In this document: in pieces, positions 1 through 9,381 of the stretch
How positions within the stretch are numbered: position 1 is the stretch's first letter
Layout: each line of letters opens with the position of its first letter
Origin: Diplonema japonicum
Taxonomy: Eukaryota > Protista > Euglenozoa: Diplonemea
DNA: 64,000 nucleotides
Assembly (NCBI GenBank): GCA_964019335.1
Contig: OZ025758.1
Span: forward strand, 1-64,000
Reading direction: 5' to 3'
Notes under the pieces: generated by a model
Told to the model about the DNA's origin: nothing
What the model saw: only the letters and a program-made list of their open reading frames with translations
Database searches by the model: none
Made by a program: the position numbers and the translations under genes

Positions 1-705
1 CGGGTTTGCGGGTTTGCGGGTTTGCGGGTTTGCGGGTTTGCGGGTTTGCGGGTTTGCGGGTTTGCGGGTTTGCGGGTTTGCGGGTTTGCGGGTTTGCGGG
101 TTTGCGGGTTTGCGGGTTTGCGGGTTTGCGGGTTTGCGGGTTTGCGGGTTTGCGGGTTTGCGGGTTTGCGGTTTGCGGGTTTGCGGGTTTGCGGGTTTGC
201 GGGTTTGCGGGTTTGCGGGGTTTGCGGGTTTGCGGGTTTGCGGGTTTGCGGGTTTGCGGGTTTGCGGGTTTGCGGGTTTGCGGGTTTGCGGGTTTGCGGG
301 TTTGCGGGTTTGCGGGTTTGCGGGTTTGCGGGTTTGCGGGTTTGCGGGTTTGCGGGTTTGCGGGTTTGCGGGTTTGCGGGTTTGCGGGTTTGCGGGTTTG
401 CGGGTTTGCGGGTTTGCGGGTTTGCGGGTTTGCGGGTTTGCGGGTTTGCGGGTTTGCGGGTTTGCGGGTTTGCGGGTTTGCGGGTTTGCGGGTTTGCGGG
501 TTTGCGGGTTTGCGGGTTTGCGGGTTTGCGGGTTTGCGGGTTTGCGGGTTTGCGGGTTTGCGGGTTTGCGGGTTTGCGGGTTTGCGGGTTTGCGGGTTTG
601 CGGGTTTGCGGGTTTGCGGGTTTGCGGGTTTGCGGGTTTGCGGGTTTGCGGGTTTGCGGGTTTGCGGGTTTGCGGGTTTGCGGGTTTGCGGGTTTGCGGG
701 TTTGC
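1..705 (+). repeat. Telomere-like tandem octamer (GGGTTTGC)n, ~88 copies, extending beyond the window start
   Basis: Near-perfect 8-bp tandem repeat from base 1 to 705 with one 7-bp unit near 170 and one 9-bp unit near 220; G-rich strand is the + strand. Confidence 0.95.
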
Positions 706-2510
706 CCCCCGTTTCCGGGTGCCCGTGTCACTGCAGGCCCCCCCGTTGGTGTCAATGTCGTTGGTGCATGAGAGGGTAATGATGTTGGTGTCCCTGTTAC
801 CGGTGCAAGGGTGGGTTGTGCTGTCGGCGTCCCTGTTATTGGTGGTGGAGAAGGCTGGGCTGTTGGAGTCCCCGTCACAGGTGCTGAAGAGGGCTGTGCC
901 GTTGGCGTGGTTGTCATTGGTGCTAAAGAGGGTAATGCTGTTGGTGTCCCTGTTATCGGTGCAGGTGAAGTCGGTGTCCCTGTAACCGGTGCAGGGGTGG
1001 GCGGTGCGGTCGGCGTCCCCGTGATCGGTGCTGAAGAGGGCAATGCTGTTGGTGCCCCTGTTACCGGTGCAGGGGTGGGTTGTGCCGTCGGCGTCCCCGT
1101 CACCGGTGCCAGGGTGGGCGGCCCGTCGGTCCCGGGTGCCGAGGAAGAGCAGTACGGGTAACAAACAGGAGGGCCACACGGTGCACACATAGAAAACCCA
1201 GCCAGCTCCGTTCGCGCCTCGTGGTCCGTCATGTTCTCATAGATGTAGTGGCCATACCACCACGAGCAGGGTTCAGAGACGGTGAAAGTTTGATACTGTG
1301 GTGGGTTGTCGCTCACAAGGAAGGTGATGTCCCCTTGGTGGGTGTGGTTCCACGACTCCTCACAGGAAGAGGGTACCGGGGGTGCTGGTGTGTCTGGTGA
1401 GTACGTGTGAGGAGCAGGGGTCACAGCTACTTCACCGCACTTCTCATACAACATCTTGTACTTCTTCTTGTACGGTGCGCCCCCCCACTCCACCGTGTTC
1501 AGAGGGTCCACTGCATCCAGCACAACCTGCGTCCCGTTCCCCTCCACAGTGAAGACCCCGTTCGAGTAGCTTGTGTTGTAGGTTTGGTCGCACTGTCTGG
1601 AGGCGTTAAAGGGGCTGTAGCAGGCCTTGAAGCCCTGCTGCTCAAAGTGGATGTGGTACCTCCAATAGTCCGGAGGTCCCCCAGGAACACGGTCGAGTTC
1701 CCACCACCCCTGCATCCTCATGTTGGGTGGGGGGTAGAGAAGGCGTTGCTCCCTCACATGCCTGAGCACCGCCTCCGCATCCGAGGCCGGGACCCCAGCA
1801 GGGACGTGGCCCACAGCCCCCCCCGTCGGGTAGTCTGTGTTCATCGCGAAGAACATGCTGAGGGAGACGAGATACAGCCCCAGCCCCGAGGGGTGCGACC
1901 CGTCTGACGAGTACAACCGGTAGAACCTCGAGGTGCTGTCCCCACCAGGCTCCACCCCAGACCCCTGCAGGTCCTCCTCGTAGATCGACCCGAAGGTCCT
2001 CCCAGCAGGGGCGATCGTTATGTTAATGCACCTGTTCTGAAAGTAGTCGAATAAATGCTCAACATTCTCCTGTCGGTCGTTCCCAGGAAAAGCGTATCGC
2101 CTCCCCCACGTCTCGTAGTTCACCACCGTCGCCCCTGCAACCCTCGCAGCCTCGAAGAGGGGTTCCACCTGGTGGGGGGCCGTTGTCACAATGCTCTGCT
2201 CTTGAAGGACAAGGAAGTCGAAGCCCCCCGCCGCCAGCTTCTGCGTCACTCTGCTGTCGGTCGCATGCGTAGAGAGGAAGGCTCCCCCTACCAAGACGCT
2301 GTCGACGACCACAGTCCTCCCGGGGATCGTTGCCTCTGTCACAGCCTTGTACAGCCCAGGTAGGTTGAACGAGTAGGAGTTCCCGATGAACAGCACACGC
2401 TGCGTGTCACCCTCCACCCCCTCTGCACACAGCAGCAGCAGCAACACCAACACTGCCACCAACGGCGACACCACAACCCCTGCCTCCCCTCTTTTTCCTT
2501 TCATTTTCAT
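706..2510 (-). CDS. Secreted SGNH/GDSL-type hydrolase (esterase-like) with Pro/Thr mucin-like stalk; no stop codon before the octamer array
   Basis: Manually translated from ATG at 2510: hydrophobic leader (VVVSPLVAVLVLLLL), VLFIGNSYSF (block I), LQEQS, YETWGR, IAPAG, LYSSDGSHPSGLGLYL (DxxH), then APVTGTPTA repeats; frame continues into the T-free (CAAACCCG)n, so it is absent from the ORF track. Confidence 0.8.
720..1140 (-). repeat. Degenerate coding repeats for the Pro/Thr-rich stalk (APVTGTPTAxPT/S)
   Basis: Recurring ggtgc...gtccc(t/c)gt(t/c)ac motifs within the SGNH ORF. Confidence 0.8.
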
Positions 2511-3821
2511 CTTTTTGCTTCTTTCAAAGAAGTGGTGTTTTTGAATCTACTGAAGTGTGAGGTGGGTGGGTGCTGGTAAAGAAGTCGAAAAAGTAGGAAA
2601 GGAGAGGAAGGGAAATAAGAAAGCGGGAAACGATCGACGAGAAGGAGATGAAAGAAAGAAAGAAACGAGCCCGCCACCAGAAAAGTGTTTTCAGTGGCCA
2701 GACCCTTTCTCAGCGCTCCCAAGAAAGGTGTGCAACAGGAAGATACTTTATGTAGGCTATTGCATCACGCGCTGTTTTTATTTTTTTTTTCGAAAAAGTT
2801 TTTCTCTCTCTCTCTCTTAAAAGCACTTCGCCTGTCCCGCACAGTTTCCTGGGCGAACCAGAATTCTGTGTCAGGACGGCGAATAATTTACTTGAAAGGG
2901 AAAAGAGAAAACCATCGAGTTATCTTAAAAACTAGCTTTCATCCTTCTGTTAAAAAAAAGGGGGGGAATAGTAGAAATGGCCTGATGGGGTGAAGACCTT
3001 TCAACTAATTCAACGAGGGAAAAGAAATACATGCACAAATAAATAAATAAATAAATAAAAAAGGCGAGTAAGACCAACCGCGAGGGTTCCCTGATTAAAT
3101 ACAAAGAAATAAAGAGAGTGAGAGAAGGGGGCAGGGGGATAGATACGATGACCCCCCCCCCCCTCCTTTCCCCCCTCTTCCTCTCTTCTTTTTGTTTTTC
3201 TTCCTTCACAAACATCGGAATAAGAATCACGATGAAAGGAGTGAACTTCAGGAAACACTCAAAACCTATCAGTCGGAAATCTCAAACGAAAAAAAGTGGG
3301 AGGAAATAAAACTAGATATATGTAAGGTTACACCAGCTAGTCCTACAGAGTGAAAAGAAAGGTAAAGAAAAAAGAAAAAGACAAACTAGACTTTTACATT
3401 AAAAAAGTTCAATTATAGGCCTTCATGCTGCAACAGACACCCTGACCCCCGCCCCCTAGTCTGGTTGAGAATGTACCAGCAACGTTGGCGGGGCCTTTTG
3501 ACTGATCTGGTTAAAGCTTCGGCGGAAAAAAAAAAGGGGGATGTTTATCAGTGGTTCGTTTGAACAACACTGACATGGCGGAGGGAGAAGAGGGGAGGGG
3601 GGAAAGTGCAAAAAGAAAAGGGGGGCGTGTGTGTTAATAAATAGTTTGGTCATAAAATATTCTTTAAAATATGATATAGTATGGTTAACCAAAACCGATC
3701 CGAAGGGGGGGGGGGGGGGGGGGGGAAGAAACAGAAGAAAGAACGAAAGAAAGAGGGTGAGGAAAAGAGAAATACCCGTTTTCATTTTCATCTGTTTTCT
3801 TTTTTCTTTTTAATATTAGTC

Positions 3822-6680
3822 TCAGTCGTAGCACTTGCAAACGTTGGGAAGGCAGGGGCCAGCACTCCCGTCGGAGCCGCAGCCAGCACTCTTCTTCCTG
3901 GCAGGGCACCAGGGGTCGCCGAAGGTTCCGCTCTTCGCAAAGACGGCGAGGTACCTCGCAGGGTCGGTGGTGGTCGGGAGGGTCACAGACTCCCCCCTCT
4001 GCACCTCAACCTTGAAGGAGACCATCGCTTCCTTGTGGGGACCGAATTTAGGAGCACAGGAGCCCGCCTCGTACAGCGGGACGAGGAGGTGCGGGAGGCC
4101 GCCGTTCTTCTTCACAGAGCACGGGGCGCAGTTGAACACGGACACCACGAAGCTGCACACGTCGTCGGCAGCCTTGTTGCAGCACGACAGCTTTATCTCG
4201 CTCCCTGCAGGGAGGGGCAACACCCCTGGCACGGACACGGTCGCCCCGTCCCCCGTGAACTGCTGAGGGATCCCCGTCAGGTCGAAGGGGTTGTTGTTGT
4301 TGTCTTGAGTCGTCGGAGCTGTCGGCATCGCCACCCCGTCAAGCTCCACCACAGCAGCCCCCTCACAGGAGGAAGGCTCCTCGCAAGTTTCGGTGGGAAC
4401 GGTCGACGCCCCGCACAGGCACAGACCCTCTGGGTTGCACAGCCCGTACCCCTTGCAGGTGGTCAGCTCGTCGCAGAACCTGCTGCAAGCTGCAGTCGTT
4501 GAGGGAGGAGAAGCGGGGTCAGACGGTGTGGGGTACCACTGGCGCTTGCAAGCGGTGCAGTCCCCCGTCACCAGGTTGACCGCGAGGTTCCCTTCGCAGT
4601 AGCACGACTTCTTCTCCACCTTGTCCTGCGCCTTCAGAGCGTCGTCCAGGCTCTCCAAACACTCCCCGCTCCCGAGGGTCCCCGCCCCCACCGCGCACTC
4701 GTCGAACAGACACTGTCCCAAAAAGCCCTTGCACCCCGTCTTCGCCTTCGCGCAGCAGCCCTCCGCCCGCTCCCTCTCCGCGTCGTTGGGGCACAGCGCG
4801 AGCGCCTCCGACGGGGTCGGGGTGTCTCCTTGGAAGGTCGGTCCGGGAACAGACAGCGCCGTGGCCTCCCTCTTCATTGGCTCAACAGCGGCGGGACAGG
4901 TCGCGCACGGCCACACCTCCGGCTCGCACTCCAGGCTGTCGACGGGCCAGGTGGTCCTGTCGTTGCGGGTGAATGAGTCGTCGACGAGAAGCCCCGTCGC
5001 CGCCTCGGGGATCTCGTACCCGTCCATGGACATGGTGAGGTGCTGGAACTTCGTGTCCTTCGAGGGGTAGTAGCTGATCCCGAGCTCCGCCTTCTGCACC
5101 CCGGTCCCCTCCTCGTACAGGCCAATCCGGATCTTGTCCTGCGTCGGCGACACGTAGGAGCGAGGGGACATGAAGCGCACTCCTGGAAACACGGTCGCCT
5201 GCGCCCCCACCCCGTCGTCCAGCGTGTCCAGCAAAACCTCCAGCCCCTTGCCCTCGCAGCCCAGCGTCACCACCGGGCGGACCCTCCCCGTCCTCGTCTC
5301 CGTTTCCCCGACAACGGTGAACTCCACCAGGTCCCCCGCCTTCCGCCAGATGCTCACGCGTCGCAGGCACGTCACGTATGCCGCTCCCCTCCAGCAGTAC
5401 CCGGTCCACCCCGTGACGTGCACCTCGCTGTCCCCATACAGCGTGTACGGGGTGTCCGGGTCCCCGTGGAAGTCGAAGCGCCTCCCGTGGATGTTCGTCC
5501 AGTGCGGGTCCCCGTGCACAATCCCGTACTTCGAGCACCTCCGTCCCCCATAAACGAACTTGGTCTTGTCGTTCGGGTGCGACTCTTGGGTGCACTTGCA
5601 GACGTCGTTGTTCTCCGCGAGGTGCGTCCCTGCCGGAACAGGGCACTTCCCGTGCCCGCTGCACTGCTGCGCACCCGGCGGCAGCAAGCTGTCCGTCCCA
5701 AGAGAGGAGGAAGGCGCGGGGACAGGCGTGGGTTCGAAGGTCTCCCCCGGTGGGGCAGAGGGCTCTGCGTACTGACTCGCGAAGGGAACCGCGTACTGGC
5801 ACATCAGGGTGTAAAGCGAGTAGTAGTTCGTAAAGGTGGGCGAAAACACAGTCGACCCCCTATACTCGCACGCAGCACACCCTATCGCCACAGCTGTCGT
5901 GTCCAGCATCGCCGTCATGTGCCCTGTCTTCACATTCGCCGCGCTCACAGGATTCCCATTCGCGTCCACGATCCCCGTCTTCTCCTTCATCGTCGTGTAG
6001 TCGAAGCACCCCGCCTCATCGCAGTACCAGGATCCCACGTTTGCGGTGCCGTCCGTCGCAAAGTTCCAGTTGTCCACCCCGTCGAAATCCCCCGAGCCAT
6101 CCTTGTCCCTGAGGTTCCCATAGCCCCTCAGGAGGTTCTCCTTCCTGCTGTACTTCTTGCCGTCCAAGGTGATCTCGTCCCCGAGGCCGGTCGTGTGGGG
6201 GTTTCCCGTGGTGGTTAGGTCGCAGTACGGGATCAGCTTGGCGCTGTCTCTTGCCATCTTCGCAAGATCCTTGTTCCACACCAAGGGGCACGCCCCGTGC
6301 TTCTTCCGGAAGTCGTTGTGCAGCTTCTCGATCACGTCCTGCTGGTCCTTGTTCATCTCGTCCATCACGCACGTCTTGCCCACCTCAAGGTCCGCCTTGC
6401 ATTTTCGCGTGGTCGTTACCTTCGGCAACGACGTAACCCTATTTTTGTTGCAGTGACAGGGGCACTGCCTCTTGACCGCATCGTTCTCCCCGCAGGAAAA
6501 GGACTTGCAGTTTCGATCGTCACTTTCGGGTTCCGTCGGTAAACAAGGATTACCCTTACACTCCACGCACATTTTAGACTTGCACAAAGGTTCGCTCAAA
6601 GAAGGCTCCGAGGTCAAGCACATTGGGGGATTCCCCAGCACCCCATTTACCACACAGAGAAGCAGCAGCAGAACCCGCAT
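3822..6680 (-). CDS. Secreted multidomain protein: signal peptide, CAP/SCP (PR-1) domain, EGF-like, VWD-like domain, EGF-like and Cys-rich C-terminus
   Basis: 952-aa ORF; MRVLLLLLCVVNGVLG signal; LHNDFRKKHGACPLVWNKDLA...GHMTAM...AIGCA (CAP); CSGHGKC; GDPHWTNIHGRRFDFHG (VWD); TCKGYGLCNPEGLCLC. Confidence 0.85.
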   Translation of the reverse strand: MRVLLLLLCVVNGVLGNPPMCLTSEPSLSEPLCKSKMCVECKGNPCLPTEPESDDRNCKSFSCGENDAVKRQCPCHCNKNRVTSLPKVTTTRKCKADLEVGKTCVMDEMNKDQQDVIEKLHNDFRKKHGACPLVWNKDLAKMARDSAKLIPYCDLTTTGNPHTTGLGDEITLDGKKYSRKENLLRGYGNLRDKDGSGDFDGVDNWNFATDGTANVGSWYCDEAGCFDYTTMKEKTGIVDANGNPVSAANVKTGHMTAMLDTTAVAIGCAACEYRGSTVFSPTFTNYYSLYTLMCQYAVPFASQYAEPSAPPGETFEPTPVPAPSSSLGTDSLLPPGAQQCSGHGKCPVPAGTHLAENNDVCKCTQESHPNDKTKFVYGGRRCSKYGIVHGDPHWTNIHGRRFDFHGDPDTPYTLYGDSEVHVTGWTGYCWRGAAYVTCLRRVSIWRKAGDLVEFTVVGETETRTGRVRPVVTLGCEGKGLEVLLDTLDDGVGAQATVFPGVRFMSPRSYVSPTQDKIRIGLYEEGTGVQKAELGISYYPSKDTKFQHLTMSMDGYEIPEAATGLLVDDSFTRNDRTTWPVDSLECEPEVWPCATCPAAVEPMKREATALSVPGPTFQGDTPTPSEALALCPNDAERERAEGCCAKAKTGCKGFLGQCLFDECAVGAGTLGSGECLESLDDALKAQDKVEKKSCYCEGNLAVNLVTGDCTACKRQWYPTPSDPASPPSTTAACSRFCDELTTCKGYGLCNPEGLCLCGASTVPTETCEEPSSCEGAAVVELDGVAMPTAPTTQDNNNNPFDLTGIPQQFTGDGATVSVPGVLPLPAGSEIKLSCCNKAADDVCSFVVSVFNCAPCSVKKNGGLPHLLVPLYEAGSCAPKFGPHKEAMVSFKVEVQRGESVTLPTTTDPARYLAVFAKSGTFGDPWCPARKKSAGCGSDGSAGPCLPNVCKCYD

Positions 6681-6747
6681 GATGTGATTCTTGTGTGTGT
6701 TTGTTTTATTTTTCTTTTGTTGTTGTTGTTGTCGATACCCCCCTCAG

Positions 6748-6751
6748 AGAA

Positions 6752-6795
<44 letters not shown>

Positions 6796-8200
6796 TACAA
6801 AAAAAAAGTATGCAATATAATGAAGAAGGGAAAAAAAAAGAAAGAGAGGGAAAAGCAGCGATCGCTTAAGTTCTTAGAAAATAGAATGGAAAAACACATT
6901 GGGCTGTTATATATTCTTCTCGAAATTATCGACGAAGAAAATTTTAAAAAGGAAACAAAAATGGGTAGTGTTGAAAGTAATTGCAACAGAGGAGCCACCT
7001 CCCCCCAAACACACACCCTCCTTCATGGATCAGTACCCTCGAAAGAGCCACATGAAGGGGTGTGTGTGTGTTTTTGGGAGAAGAGACAATAATCTGGCAG
7101 AAAGCAACAAATCGAGAGAGGAGAGAAAGAAAAGAAAAAGAATTAATTCATTTTGCGATGGGCGAGTGTTAGCAACAAAGCCGCATCTAAAGAAAAAGAA
7201 AGGAGGGGAAATATATAGGAGAGACTGGGGGTCCCTGATCCGGGAATCCCTCATCCTTCCCCCACCTTTATTTCTTTTTTTTTAAAAAAAAAAAAAGGAG
7301 AAAACTTGAAGATTTTCAAAACAAAAACAAAAACAAACACCAACAAAAAAAAAAAACACCGTCCCTTTTTGAGACACACAGGACAGGAGGTGTTTGCTAT
7401 CATGGTTAAAAAAAATAGAGAGAGAGGGGGGGGGGGGGGTCTCTTTTTTATTCTCTATATTTTTTTGTCTTTTTTCTTATTCATTCACTCTCTTCTCTCC
7501 CTCCTCTCAATTCTCCTGGGGAGCTCTGCGGTTGTTGCGAACATGATCCTCCCGCAGAGGGCGAGGCAGTCCCTCCCGTTGCACTCCGGGTGGCAGCCAT
7601 CGTGCGCGACGTCGAAGCACTCCTCGTCCGCCCCGCAGGTGGTGGGGTGGATCCCGCCACAGGCCTGCCCGGTTGTCTTCGCGCACACCCCGAGGCAGTC
7701 CGCACCCCCGCAGTCAGGGCTGCACTCCTTCCTGTACATGCAGGTCTCCCCGGTCCCGCACTGCAGCCCCGCAAAGCCCCCGCACTCCTTCTCCACCTTC
7801 ACCTCGAAGCAGTTCCCGAGGCAGTCCCTCCCGTTGCACCCTGCGTTGCACCCGTCAGCCACAGTGTCCACACACATCTCCTCTCCCCTGCACTTCAGCC
7901 CAGCGATCCCCCCGCACTCTCCGTACTTCCTCTTTGCACAGATCCCCCCGCAGTCCGCTCCCACCCCGCACTCCTTCACACACCCCGTGTTCCGAGGGTC
8001 CGGGATGCACTCCAACCCAGAGGGGCAGCCAAGGCCTGCGATCCCCCCGCACTGAATCGGCTCCGCTGCTCCAACCACAGCCACCACAGCCATCATCACA
8101 GACAACAAAGCAAGAGGGGAGCTCATTTTTGTGGGGGGGTTTTGTTTCTTTTGTTTTTTGTTGTTAAAAAGTAACCTTTTTGTTGTGTATTGTGTGAGTG
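6748..8200. repeat. Segmental duplication copy 1 (intergenic region plus Cys-rich gene); copy 2 at 16947-18378
   Basis: Near-identical sequence from agaaacctgtg to tgtgtattgtgtgagtg at both loci. Confidence 0.95.
7485..8126 (-). CDS. Small secreted Cys-rich repeat protein (4x CGGxxG-x-x-C...DCxGxC), copy 1
   Basis: ATG after A-tract at 8126 (MSSPLALLSVMMAVVAVVGA signal); four ~40-aa six-Cys repeats. Confidence 0.85.
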   Translation of the reverse strand: MSSPLALLSVMMAVVAVVGAAEPIQCGGIAGLGCPSGLECIPDPRNTGCVKECGVGADCGGICAKRKYGECGGIAGLKCRGEEMCVDTVADGCNAGCNGRDCLGNCFEVKVEKECGGFAGLQCGTGETCMYRKECSPDCGGADCLGVCAKTTGQACGGIHPTTCGADEECFDVAHDGCHPECNGRDCLALCGRIMFATTAELPRRIERRERRE

Positions 8201-9381
8201 AAAAGGGGGTCATCGGAAGCCGTGTGCAAAAATCTGTTTTTATCGGAAATCAGTGTGGACAACAGGCTGATGCGTATGCTGTGTGTGCTTCTCCCCGTCA
8301 GCGGTAAGTTCACTCTGCCGCATGGGAAAGCAGCCAGAATCCAGAATGAGGGTGTAAGCCAGGTGCAAAAAATATAAATATAAAAAGAGAGCCCAAGGCC
8401 CAGTGCCATACTGCGTCGAGGAAAAGGGGGGAAACGGGGAAGGGAGAGGGAGGGGAGGAAAACCAAACAAGGTTTTACGGTTCGTGCTTTCAGTTTCCTA
8501 TACCAAAAGCATTCACCAGCTTGTTGTGCGGTCAGGTTGAGGAACAATTAAAAAAAAAAAAGGATAGGAAGAAAAAAAAGAAAGAAAGAAAAAAAAAAGA
8601 CAAAAGCAGCAAAAGTGGATTATCGAGGCGCGGGTCTTATAGAAAAAGTCAACCGGACCTCATTTCTTTTTTTTTTTTTTTTATTTACAGCTTTTGTTAT
8701 CATCTCTTTTTTTAGCTTTTCTGGTCGTGTCGCCTTGTTTCATTTCTCGAGGAGAAATCGAGACACATAAATGTGAATCAATAAAAACTGAACCACATGC
8801 ACAGCGTACATATGGCTCCTCCTGCAAAGGAAGCATCGCATCGAGAAAACGGGACATTGTGTCAAAAAAGCTTTAAACGAAGAGACAGTTTAATAGGGGG
8901 GTGGAAGGAAGGAAAAAAAAAAAGATGAGATAAAGGAGTGTTCCTGTTATGGAACGTCACCCTCTACTTATCCAAAAAAAAAAAAAAAAAAAATGTTAAG
9001 ATCAAGTGTTTATCGATATGGAAAAGGTAACAGGTCAGTGTCCAATAAATAACTGAAGGGGGCAGAAAAAAATAAGAAATGAGGTTCTTTTTTTTGTGTC
9101 CCTTTTGCTTCTCCTTTTAAATTTTTTGTGTAGAAATATTTCAAGGTACGAATTTTCGTGGGTAGGAAAAAAAAAAAATCTGTGAACAAAGAACAAGAAT
9201 GATGGCCTTTTTTTTTTGCAGTGGTTTGTGGTGTGAGGTCAATGATTTACTCCAAGTCAGAATTTAAGGGGAAAAAAAAAACAGACACCGAGGGGGGGGC
9301 CCATCATCATTAGAATTTCACAAATATTTATGTTCTATTATTCTTTTTTCTTTGTTTTTTCTTTCTTTTTTTTTTTTTTTC

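Noticed and set aside
6-985. Three + strand ORFs of RVCGFAGL repeats
   Set aside because: Artefacts of the stop-free octamer array.
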